From: Octopus vulgaris
Taxonomy: Eukaryota
Assembly (NCBI GenBank): GCA_951406725.2
Contig: OX597816.1
Coordinates: 146,940,001-147,004,000 of the forward strand
Reading direction: 5' to 3'
DNA length: 64,000 nucleotides
In this document: positions 12,698 through 25,526 of the stretch, piece after piece
Layout of the letters: the number at the start of each line of letters is the position of its first letter
Position numbering within the stretch: position 1 is the stretch's first letter
The notes under the pieces: model-generated
What the model saw: only the letters and a program-made list of their open reading frames with translations
The model's database searches: none
Told to the model about the DNA's origin: nothing
Program-made: the position numbers and the translations under genes

Positions 12698-13120
12698 GGT
12701 GTAGGAGTAGCTGTGTGGTAAGTAGCTTACTTACCAGCCACATGGTTCCGGGTTCAGTCCCACTGCGTGGCAACTTGGCCGAGTGACTTCTACTATAGCC
12801 TCGGACCGACAAAAGCCACGTGAGTGGATTTGGTAGGCGGAAGCTGCAAGAAGCCCATCGTATATATGTGTATATATATATATATATGTATGTGTGTATA
12901 TGTTTGTATGTCTGTTTGTTCCCCCAACATTGCTTGGTAGCCGATGCTGGTGTGTTTACGGCCCTGTAACTTAGCGATTCAGCAAAAGAGGCCGATAGAT
13001 TAAGTACTGGGCTTACAATGAATAAGTCCTTGGATTGATTTACTCGACTAAAGGCGGTTTTCAAGCATGGCCACATTCACATGACTGAAAAAAGTAAAAG
13101 ACTAAATGAGTTAAAGAGTA
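12698..13120 (+). mobile_element. Family B SINE, full length with internal microsatellite
   Basis: tRNA-like head ggtgtaggagtagctgtgtggtaag...gggttcagtccca, CORE-like ttggccgagtgacttctactatagcctc, internal (TA)/(TG), 3' end atgactgaaaaaagtaaaaga. Confidence 0.9.
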
Positions 13121-13490
13121 ATAATACATTACAAGCCTTATACGTGCGCTCTTTTTACTTAGTATTTACCAAATTCCAGTTTCAACTCTCATTACAATAA
13201 TAAGACCACTTGCTTACGGGTGTATTATTTTTCTTGGAGCTTCGCTACAGAAACGGTTTAATAAGCTTGAGTGTATATACTGAAGTAGTTTCACGTTTCG
13301 ACTCTTTTACCGACGATAAGTCATGACTGGCGTTTAGGAAGATTATCACATCCTGGAAAATATATAATATGAATATGTGTAGCAATTACAGATTGGGGGT
13401 CGATTTCATATTGAAGAGTCACTTTGTTTTAGTCATATGGATATATCGGTTTACAATTTCTCCATAACTACTCATGTTACCATTTTTACC

Positions 13491-13524
<34 letters not shown>

Positions 13525-13605
13525 TCGGTTTTCACATGAAAAATATAAACATATTCTAATTATATATCATTTGTGCGCACACGAAACACACACAAACATC
13601 TACAA

Positions 13606-13691
<86 letters not shown>

Positions 13692-13716
13692 GCATGTATA
13701 TATATATATGTATATG

Positions 13717-13763
<47 letters not shown>

Positions 13764-14679
13764 ATATGTGTATGTGAGTGGGTGTCTGTATGTGAGTCTA
13801 TGTATAATCTGTAATTAATATAGTGTTTTACTGAATACATGTAGCTGTGAAGTATATCATATAGATGAGTGTAGTTCGTAGCGATAACATATAAGAAAGA
13901 AAGAAAAGAAACCTACAGCTTATGTTCTCGTTACAAGGATATGTTGTTGGGAAAATGGAAAACATATGTAAGCTTCTTAAATGTAATTGGATTACACTGT
14001 AAAACCTCGATTACAAGTAATATTAGATAGATAAGAGTGTGTATCAAAGTAACCATTAGGTACAGTTATATAAAACAGAAGAAAATAAAGACTAAAAAAT
14101 GCGAAGGCAAAGTACGTTATCCTCTATATATCGCCAATGGTTTCGTTAGAAAGACACTTTTCATTCAAATTTTTAGAATTTCAAACTTTAAGAGGCCTCT
14201 ACAACTTTTCCTATGACAGCATAAGTATGCGTGTAGAAATGCATACATGTACATACATACATGCATACATAAATACATAAATACATACATACATGTGTGT
14301 ATATACCTATATATATATATACACACACACATATATATATATATGTATAATGTATGCTTATATGTACGGGCAAGTATATATATGTATGTATGTATGTATG
14401 TATGCATGTGTGTATGTATGTATGTATGTATGTTTGCATGTATGCGTGCATGCGGACATGCGCTCCCTAGAAAGTCACAAAGAGCAAATTAAGAAAAAAA
14501 TCTATGTTTTCAACAAAGTAACAAGTAATAGCGGGAGTCTATGTCCAGAAATGCTGAAATATATTTTTTTTATCTCAGTGATAAGACTGGTTTGCTTTAT
14601 CTGTGTGCCTGTTAATTAAGGATATGTGTGCCTGTTAATTAAGGAGCGGATACTATATTCTGCGAAGTCGAAATTCTGA

Positions 14680-15517
14680 TGTAGCCCAAGCAACAACCCA
14701 TCAGTGGCTGAGAATTTCCGGACTGAAAGCAGAGATTGAAGATCATCATCTGTCGGCAGCACAATATCAAAGCTTGCTTACCAGAAACTACCAGGCTAAA
14801 GTTCTTCAAATTGATCCTGACCTTAAATGCAGATTCTGTGACACATTTGACGGAAACATAGACCACATTTCGAGATGTCCTGTGTAGACACCAAATGAAT
14901 ATAAAAATCGCCACGATAAAGTAGGACAGTATTTACATTGGAAAATAAGTAAACACTACAAAATCAACACTCCTGCTTATTTGTATGAACATTATCCTGA
15001 GTCAGTCGCTGAAGGTAAAAATGTCAATATCCTCTCCGATTTTCCAGTCAATACCGACAGAACGATCAAGGATAATCGACCAGATATAATTATTAAACAC
15101 AGGGCAGAAAATACTTGTAGACTAATAGATATAAGTGTTTCCACTGGTAAAAATATATTTGTAAAGGAATTTGACAAATTAAGTAAATATACGTACCTGC
15201 GAATTGAAATACTAAGCATGCGGCATTTTAAATCGAGAAGTGTTCCTGTTAATGTAGATGCCATAGGTATCATAAAAATGGAACGTCACAAATATCTAGA
15301 CAACATCCCAAGAGAATCATGTCCCATAAAAATACAAAACATCGTGCTGACAAGTACAATCCACAGCCTTAGAAAAAGCCTGCTACTTCCCGTCACCAAC
15401 TTTTAGTCATGTTATAAATCTCTTATCCTCCACTCGCCCTAGGTCGCTGGGTGTACCTCGGCAAGTGATTGTAACAGACATGCAGATTAAAAGTAAATGA
15501 CAATAATGATAATAATG
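14680..15517 (+). pseudogene. R4/Dong-clade LINE 3' fragment (CCHC knuckle plus RLE endonuclease)
   Basis: CRFCDTFD..DHI..CPV, RHDKVGQYLHWKI, ORF 14981-15406 TDRTIKDNRPDIII...LIDISV...KLSKY; degenerate (AAT)n tail at about 15502. Confidence 0.9.
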
Positions 15518-15522
15518 AAAAA

Positions 15523-15886
15523 AGAGAAAAGCATCGGGGGGACGATGCATACTCTGCACACACACAAGTATAAGACAGAGTTTAATTTAATGAATATATT
15601 CTCAGACGAATTCATATTTTGATAAAATGATAACACGAGTTAATTCCCCTGTTTATGGCTTATGCATGCGTAAGAAAGAAAAGGAAATGTTTTTTGTTCA
15701 CTCGTCTACTGATTTTGAAGATAATCAAACTAAAATTTACTGAGTTCATGCCACTTACCAAATGAATATTTCTGCCAAATTTGGTGAAAATCATTCAGCC
15801 GTTTTCCAGTAATTTTGTAAAAACACAGACAAACAGGCACAGACGAGTGACTACAATACCCTGTTTTCGCTTACGCGCGTAGGGTA
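15523..15886 (+). mobile_element. HINE/DINE-1-like non-autonomous element
   Basis: 5' mini-hairpin gcatcg..cgatgc; core ccaaatttggtgaaaatcattcagccgttttc; acagacaaacag repeat; 3' hairpin taccct...agggta (15857-15886) running into (TAA)n. Confidence 0.6.
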
Positions 15887-15898
15887 ATAATAATAATG

Positions 15899-15971
<73 letters not shown>

Positions 15972-15977
15972 TAATAG

Positions 15978-16318
15978 CTGAAATACGCAAGAAGGGAATA
16001 CACACACAATAGACGAATTATGCAAGAAGGGTCTGCACAACCAATTCCATGAATCCACAACAGAGGTTGCCGGAGAAGATAGGTGGGATTTGCTGATGAA
16101 AGGAACACTAAAAAAAGAGACCAAGTCCAAACTTTGGCCAAGACTGGAGGGTCAACCTTAGGAATGGGAAAGTTTCTCCGCTGTGCCGCATCTGCATTAT
16201 TGTGAGTGAGTGAAACCATTGCCCATATCATGATCAAATACCCTAGATTTGCCCCAAACCACTAAAGGTTGTGGCAACACGACGAAGTAGCGAAAGTGTT
16301 ACATTGGAAACTGAGCTT
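15978..16318 (+). pseudogene. R4/Dong LINE fragment
   Basis: WDLLMKGTLKKET and ETIAHI...QHDEVAKVLHWKLS, with frameshifts and stops; follows (TAA)n at 15885-15975. Confidence 0.75.
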
Positions 16319-16324
16319 TTCATA

Positions 16325-16540
16325 AGCAATAAAAGATGTTTTAAATAGAGAAGAGGTAATCGAAGCATTCGAACAGTTTATCACAGCAAAAAGATGAATC
16401 TTTTTCTTTAAGATGGAATATATGACATAGAGAAACGTTGGGTAAACGTCATAAATAAACATGGATCATACTTTGATTAAATAAATCAGTTCTCTAACAT
16501 TTTATTACTTTCAAATACGACATTTCATGTGAAACAACCT

Positions 16541-16544
<4 letters not shown>
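16325..16544 (+). mobile_element. Mariner 3' end fragment
   Basis: NREEVIEAFEQFI...DGIYDIEKRWVNVINKHGSYFD* (stop at 16478-16480), then a TIR-like ...gaaacaacctaata into (TA)n. Confidence 0.8.
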
Positions 16545-16629
<85 letters not shown>

Positions 16630-17489
16630 CATATATATATATACACATACATACTTATATATAGATTGTATTATATCAATTTATGTGTATATATTTATCC
16701 AGATGTGTGTGTGTGTGTGTGCTTATAAGCATATTTATGCATATATATATGTGTGTGTGTATGTATGTCTATATACATACATACACATGTCATATTGTAT
16801 ATACATATACGTTTGTGTATATTGGGAAAAACATGCTTTAACACGTTCATATAGGGACGACTATGTTCCAATTAAATATATTTTACCGAAACGTATTCGT
16901 ATATGCATATCATAAACTTGTAGTTGTTTACAGAACATATTCTTTTACATGACATTTTTTAGGCTCTCTGGGCTTCCGCTTCATGATGTGAACTAGTTTA
17001 CTCTTCTGCGTTTTTATATTGTATTTTGAATGCTCTTTTCTATTGTATCGATTTTTCCGAGAGAATTTGACCGTTAGTATTTAGCATCATAGGTTTTACA
17101 TTTGTGACATATATTAATCATTATTTGTAGATTAATGTAGCGATATATTGCTTTCAAAGCAGTGTTCTATTTTTGTACAGAATGCAAGAAAATATGAAAA
17201 TATATTCTGTCAATTTTTTCCCTGACTCTATAGATTGTCAAGAAAATACATAAAATTAAATATATCGATAGCCATTTTTTTTTAATTCGCAAAACTTGAA
17301 TGATATATAAACACCATTTCGATTGGACCGTATCTAAATAGATCATACATGCATATATTACTACATCCCAAAGAAGCATAACATTATACATATATGTGCG
17401 TGCGTGGTATGTAGTGAGTTTATGTATATATGTATTTTACTCACGCACACAAGCATACACATTGAAACACATGCACACATACACATACA

Positions 17490-18761
17490 TAGTGGATAAT
17501 CCCATAAATAATGCATGAACTAAAAGATAATCCCATAAATATTGCATGAACTAAAAGTTGAAAGAGGACGGAATAAACTACCTGCGTCAACTTGGTATAA
17601 AAGAAAGTAGTCATTTTACCTTGTACCTATTCTTAGTGCAAGTTTCGGAGCGTGATATTCGATTTTAAATGTTATTTTTTCAAAGTAGTAATAGAATTGG
17701 CAAAGGAGCATTTTCGGCATATTTTACTTTAAGAGTTCAATAAAGGCAACAACACAACGGAAAGACCTAGGAATATTACTGCAGTATATGGGGATCAGAC
17801 AAAAAGCGTAAGCCAGAGTCATTGGTGGTTCCAGAAATTCCCAGCCGGAAACTACAGCCTAGAAGACGAGCCTGGTCTTGGAAGATTTATAGAGCGCGAC
17901 GAGGACGTCCTGCAAACCCTGGTGGAACAAAATCCTTTCGTAATTTTTGAGGAACTAGCAGAGAGGGTTGAATTTGTCATTCAACCATTCATCAACATAT
18001 GCGTGCAATTGAAAAAGTCGGGAAATTGGGCCAGTGGGTTCATCATTAAATCTACGAGTCTAATCGTGCATAGAGAGTAAATGTGTGATCTTTGCTACCA
18101 CGTCTCACGAACAAAAGCTTTTGAACCGAATAGTGATTGATGACGAGAAACGGGATCTCCAGAAAACTGTCAAGCGCTGAAGAAATGGGCAGGGTAAAAA
18201 GAAACACTGGCACCACAGCCTAAAGAAGGTCTTCACCCACGTAATGTGTTGTTAACTCTTTGGTGGAATATGAAAGGTTTAATCCACTTCGAACTTTTAA
18301 ACCCAAACCAAGCGATAAAATAGGAGATCAACTGCAGGCAGCTTGAGCAGCTTAAGTCAGCGATAAGAAAAAGAACCATTTTTGGTTTCAAGACAAACGT
18401 TGTTCTTCCATCAGGATAATGCTCGGCCACATACTGCTGGAGGATGACATTCCAAATTATGGAGTAGTTTGTATGGAAAACGTTGCCCCATCAAAAATAT
18501 ACGCCAGACATTGCCTCATCTGATTAACATTTGTTCCATAATCTTCAAATTCATTTGGACAGCAAAAATATGATTTCTGCAGGCGAAGTCAGAACTGTAG
18601 TGGAGGAGTAATTATCGTCAGAGACAAGTGAATTTTGGAAGATGGGCTTTGCAAGTCTACCAGATAGATGGAAGACCATTGTAGAAAACGAAAGAGGGTA
18701 TATTTTAGATTAAGAAAGAAATTTTAAAAACTAAAAGTATTACTTATGGGATGACGCAATA
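17490..18761 (+). mobile_element. Full-length decayed mariner transposon (about 1.27 kb)
   Basis: Imperfect TIRs tagtggataatcccataaataatgc / gtattacttatgggatgacgcaata, TA flanks, and a 31-bp tandem duplication at the left end. Confidence 0.92.
17691..18713 (+). pseudogene. Mariner transposase pseudogene (DD34D type)
   Basis: KEHFRHILL*EFNKG, SLEDEPGLGR, GQWVHH (WVPHEL), RIVIDDEK, HQDNARPH, YTPDIASSD*HLF (YSPDLAPSDYHLF), PDRWKTIV; several stops and frameshifts. Confidence 0.93.
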
Positions 18762-18771
18762 TATATATACA

Positions 18772-18829
<58 letters not shown>

Positions 18830-18949
18830 GATACATATATATATATACATATACAGACACACATATATGTACATAAAATACATATATACTCACACACATA
18901 TATATATACACATATATACATAGTTGTTCTATCAGTATTTACATATTCC

Positions 18950-19800
18950 GTTAATTATAAATAACAGGCAAGTTTGATTGGGTGAATTTAAATGTATTTG
19001 AGTGACATGGTCTGTGTGAAACTACGATGTTCTGTTCTTCTGTTTCTGTTTCTAAGGTTGCTCTGAATTGCTCTATTGGTATTTGCTTATTACGCTTAAT
19101 GTGATTTTCTATAAGAAGTAATAGATATTTGTGTTTGAGTGGAAATCTTGTGAATTCTGTGAGATGTGTGACTCTGATATCTACTTCATCAACAATAGTA
19201 AACATTTTACTGGTTATAAATAAGACCATAATCCGTTTTATATGTGTTGGGTGTCACAATATCAATTTCAAATACTGATGTATACCTGTGTTTTTATAAT
19301 GTATATCAGTGTTGATTGTGATATCAAATTTAATTATCATTAGGCTTAGAAAGGATAGTTTTACATTGCTCACCTCCTTTATAAATTTCACTGTTAAGTG
19401 CATATTATTCAGGAGAATGCTGAATTTTTCCAAAGTATCTACAGGTTTTATCCAGCTTAGGAAATAATTATCGAAATATCTCCTTCATGCACTAGCAATA
19501 TACGTTCTAAATTTAGGTGACATAGTATTCGCCTACTCTTTCATACACTCGTTGTTCCAAGTATCCTGTTACTGAGTTCGCATAAACTGAGGTAAACTTG
19601 GTTCCAATTTCCTTTCCACAAATCTGAATTCAAAAAGAACGAGTGGCTTTCAAGGATGACATTGGAAGGCTATGGTGAATCTACTGGGAATCATTTGTCT
19701 ATGTTTTTCGATCCAATATTTAATTGCCGTTATTTCGAAATAATGCGGAATATTCGTGAAGGAGCTTACTACAACAACACTATCCAATAACGAATTCGAT
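18950..19800 (-). pseudogene. Penelope-like element reverse transcriptase relic
   Basis: Minus strand: SSFTNIPH..ITAIKYWIEKH, GKEIGTKFTSVYANSVTGYLE (GTAMGTKFAP.YANL), RRYFDNYF (RYLDD), KMFTIVDE..IRVTHLTE. Confidence 0.85.
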
Positions 19801-20226
19801 TAGAATTCGATGTCCCATTTGACAATTATAGTATCCTGGAAAATGTGTTTTAGCATTTCTTCGCGTCGTTTCAAAAAAATCAATGAAATGTCGGAGCTGT
19901 ACCATATCTTAAAAGTACGTGTCTTCTAAATTTCCCCGCCAATTTTTGTATAATCCAATGAGAAATAATTGCAGTTGATTAACCAATGAGTTTACACATA
20001 GATGAAATTGACGTAGGACACATTCATACTATGATAGTACACTTTCACGCTATATATGCATTTGTGTATCCGTAGATTTCTGTATGTGTGCGCATCTGTG
20101 TGTGTTTTTTGTTTGGGCGATTATAACTTACATCTGTGAAAAAGACATCAATCTCAAAATACTATATGCTTTCTTTCGAAATTATATGCTGTGTGAGTGG
20201 AGAGAAGTGTTATCAAGCCAAATCAT

Positions 20227-20272
20227 ATGGAACAACAGGATTTCATTGTAATTTTTCTTCTTTCTTTTGTAG
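20227..20272 (+). CDS. Possible first coding exon encoding a signal peptide (MEQQDFIVIFLLSFV + phase-1 G)
   Basis: ATGG start, 15 codons with a hydrophobic core, strong donor AG|GTGAGT, non-repetitive context. No matching downstream exon found; a recursive splice site is an alternative reading. Confidence 0.35.
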
Positions 20273-20611
20273 GTGAGTTCTTTAGAAGATACACAAGATT
20301 CTGTGAGTTTGCAACTTATTTTCGTTTATAATCTATATTATTTTTCTGTTTAGTTATGTAGTATCAGTTTTCTTTTATGAATTTCTACCTACTTTTTTTA
20401 TATTTCTCTTTAAACATCTTTTCAAATCTCTTAATGTTACCACTATTTTTTTATCTTCGTGGTTTTTGGTCTTCTGCATCTCTCTTTGTTCTTTCTTGCT
20501 TTTAGATTTCTTCTTTTCCTTTTCAATTTTTCCTTTGCTTTTCCAACATTTCCTTTTAACACACTGTTTTCTTTCTTCTTTTTATCATCATCATCATCAT
20601 TTTCATCCACA

Positions 20612-20681
<70 letters not shown>

Positions 20682-21460
20682 GTTATTATTATTTTCATTA
20701 CCATCTCTGAATTTTGTTTCTATTTGTTGCCGAGTGTCTTGCTGACACCTAGGGCAGAGAAACGCACTGTATATATTGGTAGACCATTAAAATAAACACA
20801 CCAGATTGTCCATTTACAAAGTCATGTGATAGAGAAAACGAGAAAGAAAGACAGGGGAAAAAAGGTAAGAAAATTAAAAGTAAACAAAGAAAATAAGTGG
20901 GGAAAAGGGAAAGAAAATTCGCAGCGTCAATGCTCTTCTCAATACGTGTGACGCTCGATCAAGACAATATTTTGCACTTCCTGCATGGATGGTAAGCCGG
21001 GGATCATTCTTGAATAATTTTCAGTTCCTCTTTTAATCATTCCAAGTCCTCCTGGTATTGTAACCGTTCTGAGATGCGCCATATTTTCCATTTCGATCAG
21101 CAAATCTTTATATTTTCTGAGCTTATCAAGTTCTTTTGCCGAAATATTATTGTTACAGAGTATGCTCCTGTCATTCAAGAAACAGACTTTATTGTTTTGG
21201 TCTTTCGCAACAATATCTGGTTTATTTGCTTTGATGATCCGGTCTGTACATACTGGAAACTCCTAGAGAATCGTTACATTTTCTCCTTCAGTTACAGCGT
21301 CAGGGTGGTGCTTCTACAACTTGTCAGTAGTTTTGATTTTATAATGCCGACATATTATCCAATGTAGATAATGGCCAACTCTGTCTTGTTTTGATTCGTA
21401 CTCTACAGGTGTTAAAAATGTACACCCAGACATCAGGTGGTCCACTCTTTCTATCACATC
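20612..21460 (-). pseudogene. R4/Dong LINE 3' fragment with (TAA)n tail
   Basis: ERVDHLMSGCTFL..YESKQDRVGHYLHWIICRHY; NNISAKELDKLRKYKDLLIE...GLGMIK; tail at about 20612-20690. Confidence 0.88.
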
Positions 21461-21464
21461 ATTT

Positions 21465-21815
21465 ATTGTTATTATTACTATTATTATTATTGTTATCATA
21501 ATCTCTTCATCCTAAGTTTTGTTGGAGCTCCTGAAGTCTTGCAAGCGTAGCGGGCTTACTAACTGTAACCTACGGTACCATGCTATTCGCTGTTTTCAGC
21601 TAAAAATGTCTAAAAATGTCCTTATTATTCTGGCCGTGCAAAGGAGGCAGGCCTTTTGTAACAATTCTACTAGGTAATTTATTCCAATTCTCTTCATATT
21701 CCTGTTGATGTTTTCTGATAATATTCCCAAGAACTCAACAATAATTGGCACTAACTTCACCTTCTTCATTTTCCATAGTCGGGCTATTTCGTACTTAAAG
21801 GTATTGTATCTATCT
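21465..21815 (-). pseudogene. R4/Dong LINE extreme 3' fragment
   Basis: DRYNTFKYEIARLWKMKKVKLVPIIVEFLG...LLQKACLLCTARIIR; degenerate (TAA)n tail at 21465-21500. Confidence 0.85.
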
Positions 21816-21844
21816 GTCCATCACCATGGATAATGACACATTTG

Positions 21845-22360
21845 GTGAGAGAGCAGCACATGTCCTCAAAGTGAGACTGGGGTACAAATATATGAAGCCC
21901 AACATACCCAGCATGACTCTCCGTTGGATAAGGGTACACTAGACACATGCATCACAGCCATATGTGCGCGACAAGGTGATCTCATACCTAGTTGACTAGC
22001 GCATGACCTTGCAGACTTAGCTAGAATTTTTTTCAGGTTGAGTAGCCTATCCCGCTCAAAAGGTCCCTGAATAAGGTTTGTTTAATGTTAATGAACAAAA
22101 CACACGTTTCCAGAGGTAAATTATTCAAACCCAAAGAATTCATCTCGCCACATGACTATGATGCTCCCCACTACATCAGCTCGTGATCAGAGATGCACAT
22201 ACCGACAGCCCCCAAGAGATATGCTCAACTGGTAACATCAACCAACTAACAATCTATAGCCCATCTTTTCTACCAAGACAAAGCAAAACAATGTACATGA
22301 TCACGCTTCCAGTCAGTTAAGATGAAAAGCCACGGGAGCCACTGCCTGATAGTGCATAAG
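21845..22360 (-). mobile_element. Non-LTR retroelement fragment (same family as 6592-6930)
   Basis: Colinear similarity to the 6.6 kb copy; abuts TAT/TAG arrays. Class and strand inferred. Confidence 0.6.
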
Positions 22361-22362
22361 AG

Positions 22363-22385
22363 ATTATTATTATTATTATTATTAT

Positions 22386-22476
<91 letters not shown>

Positions 22477-22477
22477 T

Positions 22478-22558
<81 letters not shown>

Positions 22559-22560
22559 TT
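22363..22560. repeat. Compound microsatellite (TAT)n(TAG)n(CAG)n(TAG)n
   Basis: Directly visible. Confidence 0.95.
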
Positions 22561-23860
22561 GCCGTCTTTGCACAGCTTCTAACGCTATGGTGCCAGGGGT
22601 TCCAAGCAGTACTACATCCTTTAGCAGCCCCTATTTGTTCCATGTAGTTCTCAAGATTTTTACTCATTGTTCCCATGGCTCCGACAACTATTGGCACTAC
22701 TACCACCTTTTTCAGCGACCACAATTGCTTACTCTCCCAAGTTAACCTGTCATATCTATCGAATTTACTTTCTTCTTTATCACATACTTTGTTGTCAGCT
22801 GGGCATATTATATCTGTGGCATTTTTACATACCATGCTATGTTGTTTTCTTCTGCTCTAATGCTATGTTCGCATCCAATCAGTACTCTTCCCCCTATTTT
22901 CCTTGGTACATACAGTCTGTGTCATTTTGGATAGAGTATCACATATCTAGTCTTTCTTCCTTCGTAGAGTATCCCATATCTAGTCAACTTCCTTTTTTTC
23001 CCTCTAAGCTGCTTAGTTCGTCTACTCTCCATACGATTAACTCTGCTCCATATCTAAGGAGTGAAACCACCCAGGTTTTGATACCTTCAATCTTATTCTG
23101 TCCGTTTAATTTCGATTTAAGTATCAGCCTGAATCTGCGAAAGTACTCAACCTTAAACTTTTCTGTCATTTATTTCTCATCCTTTTTATACATTTCCAAT
23201 ATCCCCAACTACTTCTAACGTATCTCTTCTATCTGCTGCATAAGCTTCCCCGACGGTATTGATAGCCCATCCATACATTTTATTTTGCCTCTCTTCAAGA
23301 CTAACGCACCACACTTTTTCAGTCGGAACACCATTCTGATAGCACTGAAAGTATACACCGTATCAACGACGGAACTGATTTGGGATTCAACTTTACCTTA
23401 AAGTTTCAGTTCATCCAAGTGGTTTAATTTTTGTTGGCGGCTTTACAATACTTACCCAGCCTTTGTTTTCCTCAGAATCAGTGTTATTAGTATCACAGTA
23501 CAAAGATCAGGGGGACTGGCAGTCCCCTTGAAAAGTGCCTCTCTTGATTTCTATTCTCCATAAACCTCCTCCATATGCTGTCGGTTCAGTCCTCCACTTG
23601 GCCATGTTTCTTTCAAGTAATCTCTCAACATTCGATGTAATACCAAATAGATTCATACATTCTATAATCCAAGAATGGGGGATCATATTGTACGCATTAC
23701 GATAATCGATTCATGACATGTCTAAGCTAGTTAACTTCTATTGCAGTCTTTAAGTACAGCTTTATCTACCAGGAGTTGATCCTTGGTACTTCTGCACTTA
23801 CGCTTGCAACCATTCTGCTCATATTGTAGGACTCCATTTATCAGAGTCTGCAATCATCTC
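22560..23860 (-). pseudogene. R4/Dong LINE RT plus RLE relic with internal deletion
   Basis: [102 protein letters not shown]. Confidence 0.9.
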
Positions 23861-24977
23861 TGGCTTAACATTATACCGAGTCCGCATTTCTTGACAGTTT
23901 TCAAATGATAAAAATAAAACGCTACAAATTTTTTATCCATCAGGCTAGTGAATTCCGAGATATCTTGGGGAAATTTAGGATGTTCCTGAACTATCTTAAA
24001 GGATCTAGGATTTATACGTTTATAAATTTAGGAATTTACGAATTCTCATGACAATACTCATCTGCATATTTGAAATGGTGTTATAAAGTTTAAGTTAAAG
24101 GTGGTTTTACCTGACCCTGTAGCGTTAATACATTTGTGTCAGTGTCAATTCGTTTATAATCAATTTATTGAACACGTTCCACATATTTCACTTTAAAGCT
24201 ACAAAACCAATGAAAAATGGTTCTTTTGTGCATAATTTGCATATCTTTCTAAACGCAGGACATGTTCGTTTAATAAACGCATGTTTATAATCACAAAATT
24301 TGCATTTAGAAAATTTATTCATTTTGGCCAGGTGATAAGGATCGGCAATTTCTCGACCTTTATGAGGAATATCGACTCTGTTAAAACGCCAGTTATTTGT
24401 GTTGTCATATGAAATTCACACATGCATCAAGTGACATAATTCCCAATTGCAGATATTTCAAAATTATTGATCTGTGTACTATATGATTCATTTGTGTCAA
24501 TTTATATTCAATACATTGGTCAACCTGACCAAGCTTATCGAACTCACATTATTGAGTCACGTTACATTGGCGCTGCAGCTATTTTTTTTTATACATGAGA
24601 CAGACCATTCTAGATTCAGGAAAATTATCCTGATGCCTTTGGCAATGAATAACCAACCATCATTTCTCACATGATTCCTTATCGTCTTCGTATTTCACAG
24701 AAACATAAGAAGGAATTTCAGTTGCTTTGTAAGAACCTGTTATCTTCTTAATGATCTTTAAATTTCTTTCTTTGATAAGTCTCTGCAAAATATCTTAACT
24801 CTGCTTCAACAAGTTCAGGGTCAGCCGATGCCAATTCGTCGAACTTAACACCATGATGTAAATTACTGACAAAGCTACACGCGCGCACACACACACACAC
24901 ACAAACACTAACACACATGTTTATACTTGCATGTATGTATGTATGTATGTATGTATGTATGTATGTATGTATGTATG

Positions 24978-25008
<31 letters not shown>

Positions 25009-25139
25009 GCATCTATGCACGCATGTATGTATGTATGTATGTACGTACGTATGTATGTATGTATGTATGTGTGTATGTATGTATCTATGTATGTATTTAT
25101 AGATAAATATATGTGGGGCTGTACGTGTGTTTTTATCTT

Positions 25140-25526
25140 TAATTTATTTCAGCTATTAGACGGCGACGATGCAAGGCCGCTACCTTGAAGAATTTTAGAC
25201 TGAATCGAACCCAGGATATATTTAATGCCTGATACTTTTTCTGTTGGATTTTGGCCGAATTGCTTAGTTACAGGGACGTAAGTACTTACAGAAGTCGTCG
25301 AGCGGTGGTGGAGGACATACGCAGACACAAAGACAGAGAGAGAGAGAGACACACACAGCATAGAAACATATATGTATAGCGAAGCCCGTCGTATATACGT
25401 ACGTCTATCAGCTTCCCATACAAGGCGTTCCTCATCCGAAGCTTGTATTAGAAGACACCAACTCAAGACACCCAGCAGTGGAGCATTGTGGTTGCGAAGT
25501 AAACTTTTTACCACACAACTACGCCC
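25140..25526 (-). mobile_element. Decayed, rearranged family B SINE
   Basis: Antisense 3' module (ttggccgaattgcttagttacagggacgtaag) and antisense head (tgtggttgcgaagtaaactttttaccacacaactacgcc). Confidence 0.65.

Noticed and set aside
14981-15406. 141-aa ORF as a functional endonuclease gene
   Set aside because: 5'-truncated LINE fragment with frameshifts upstream and no ATG start.
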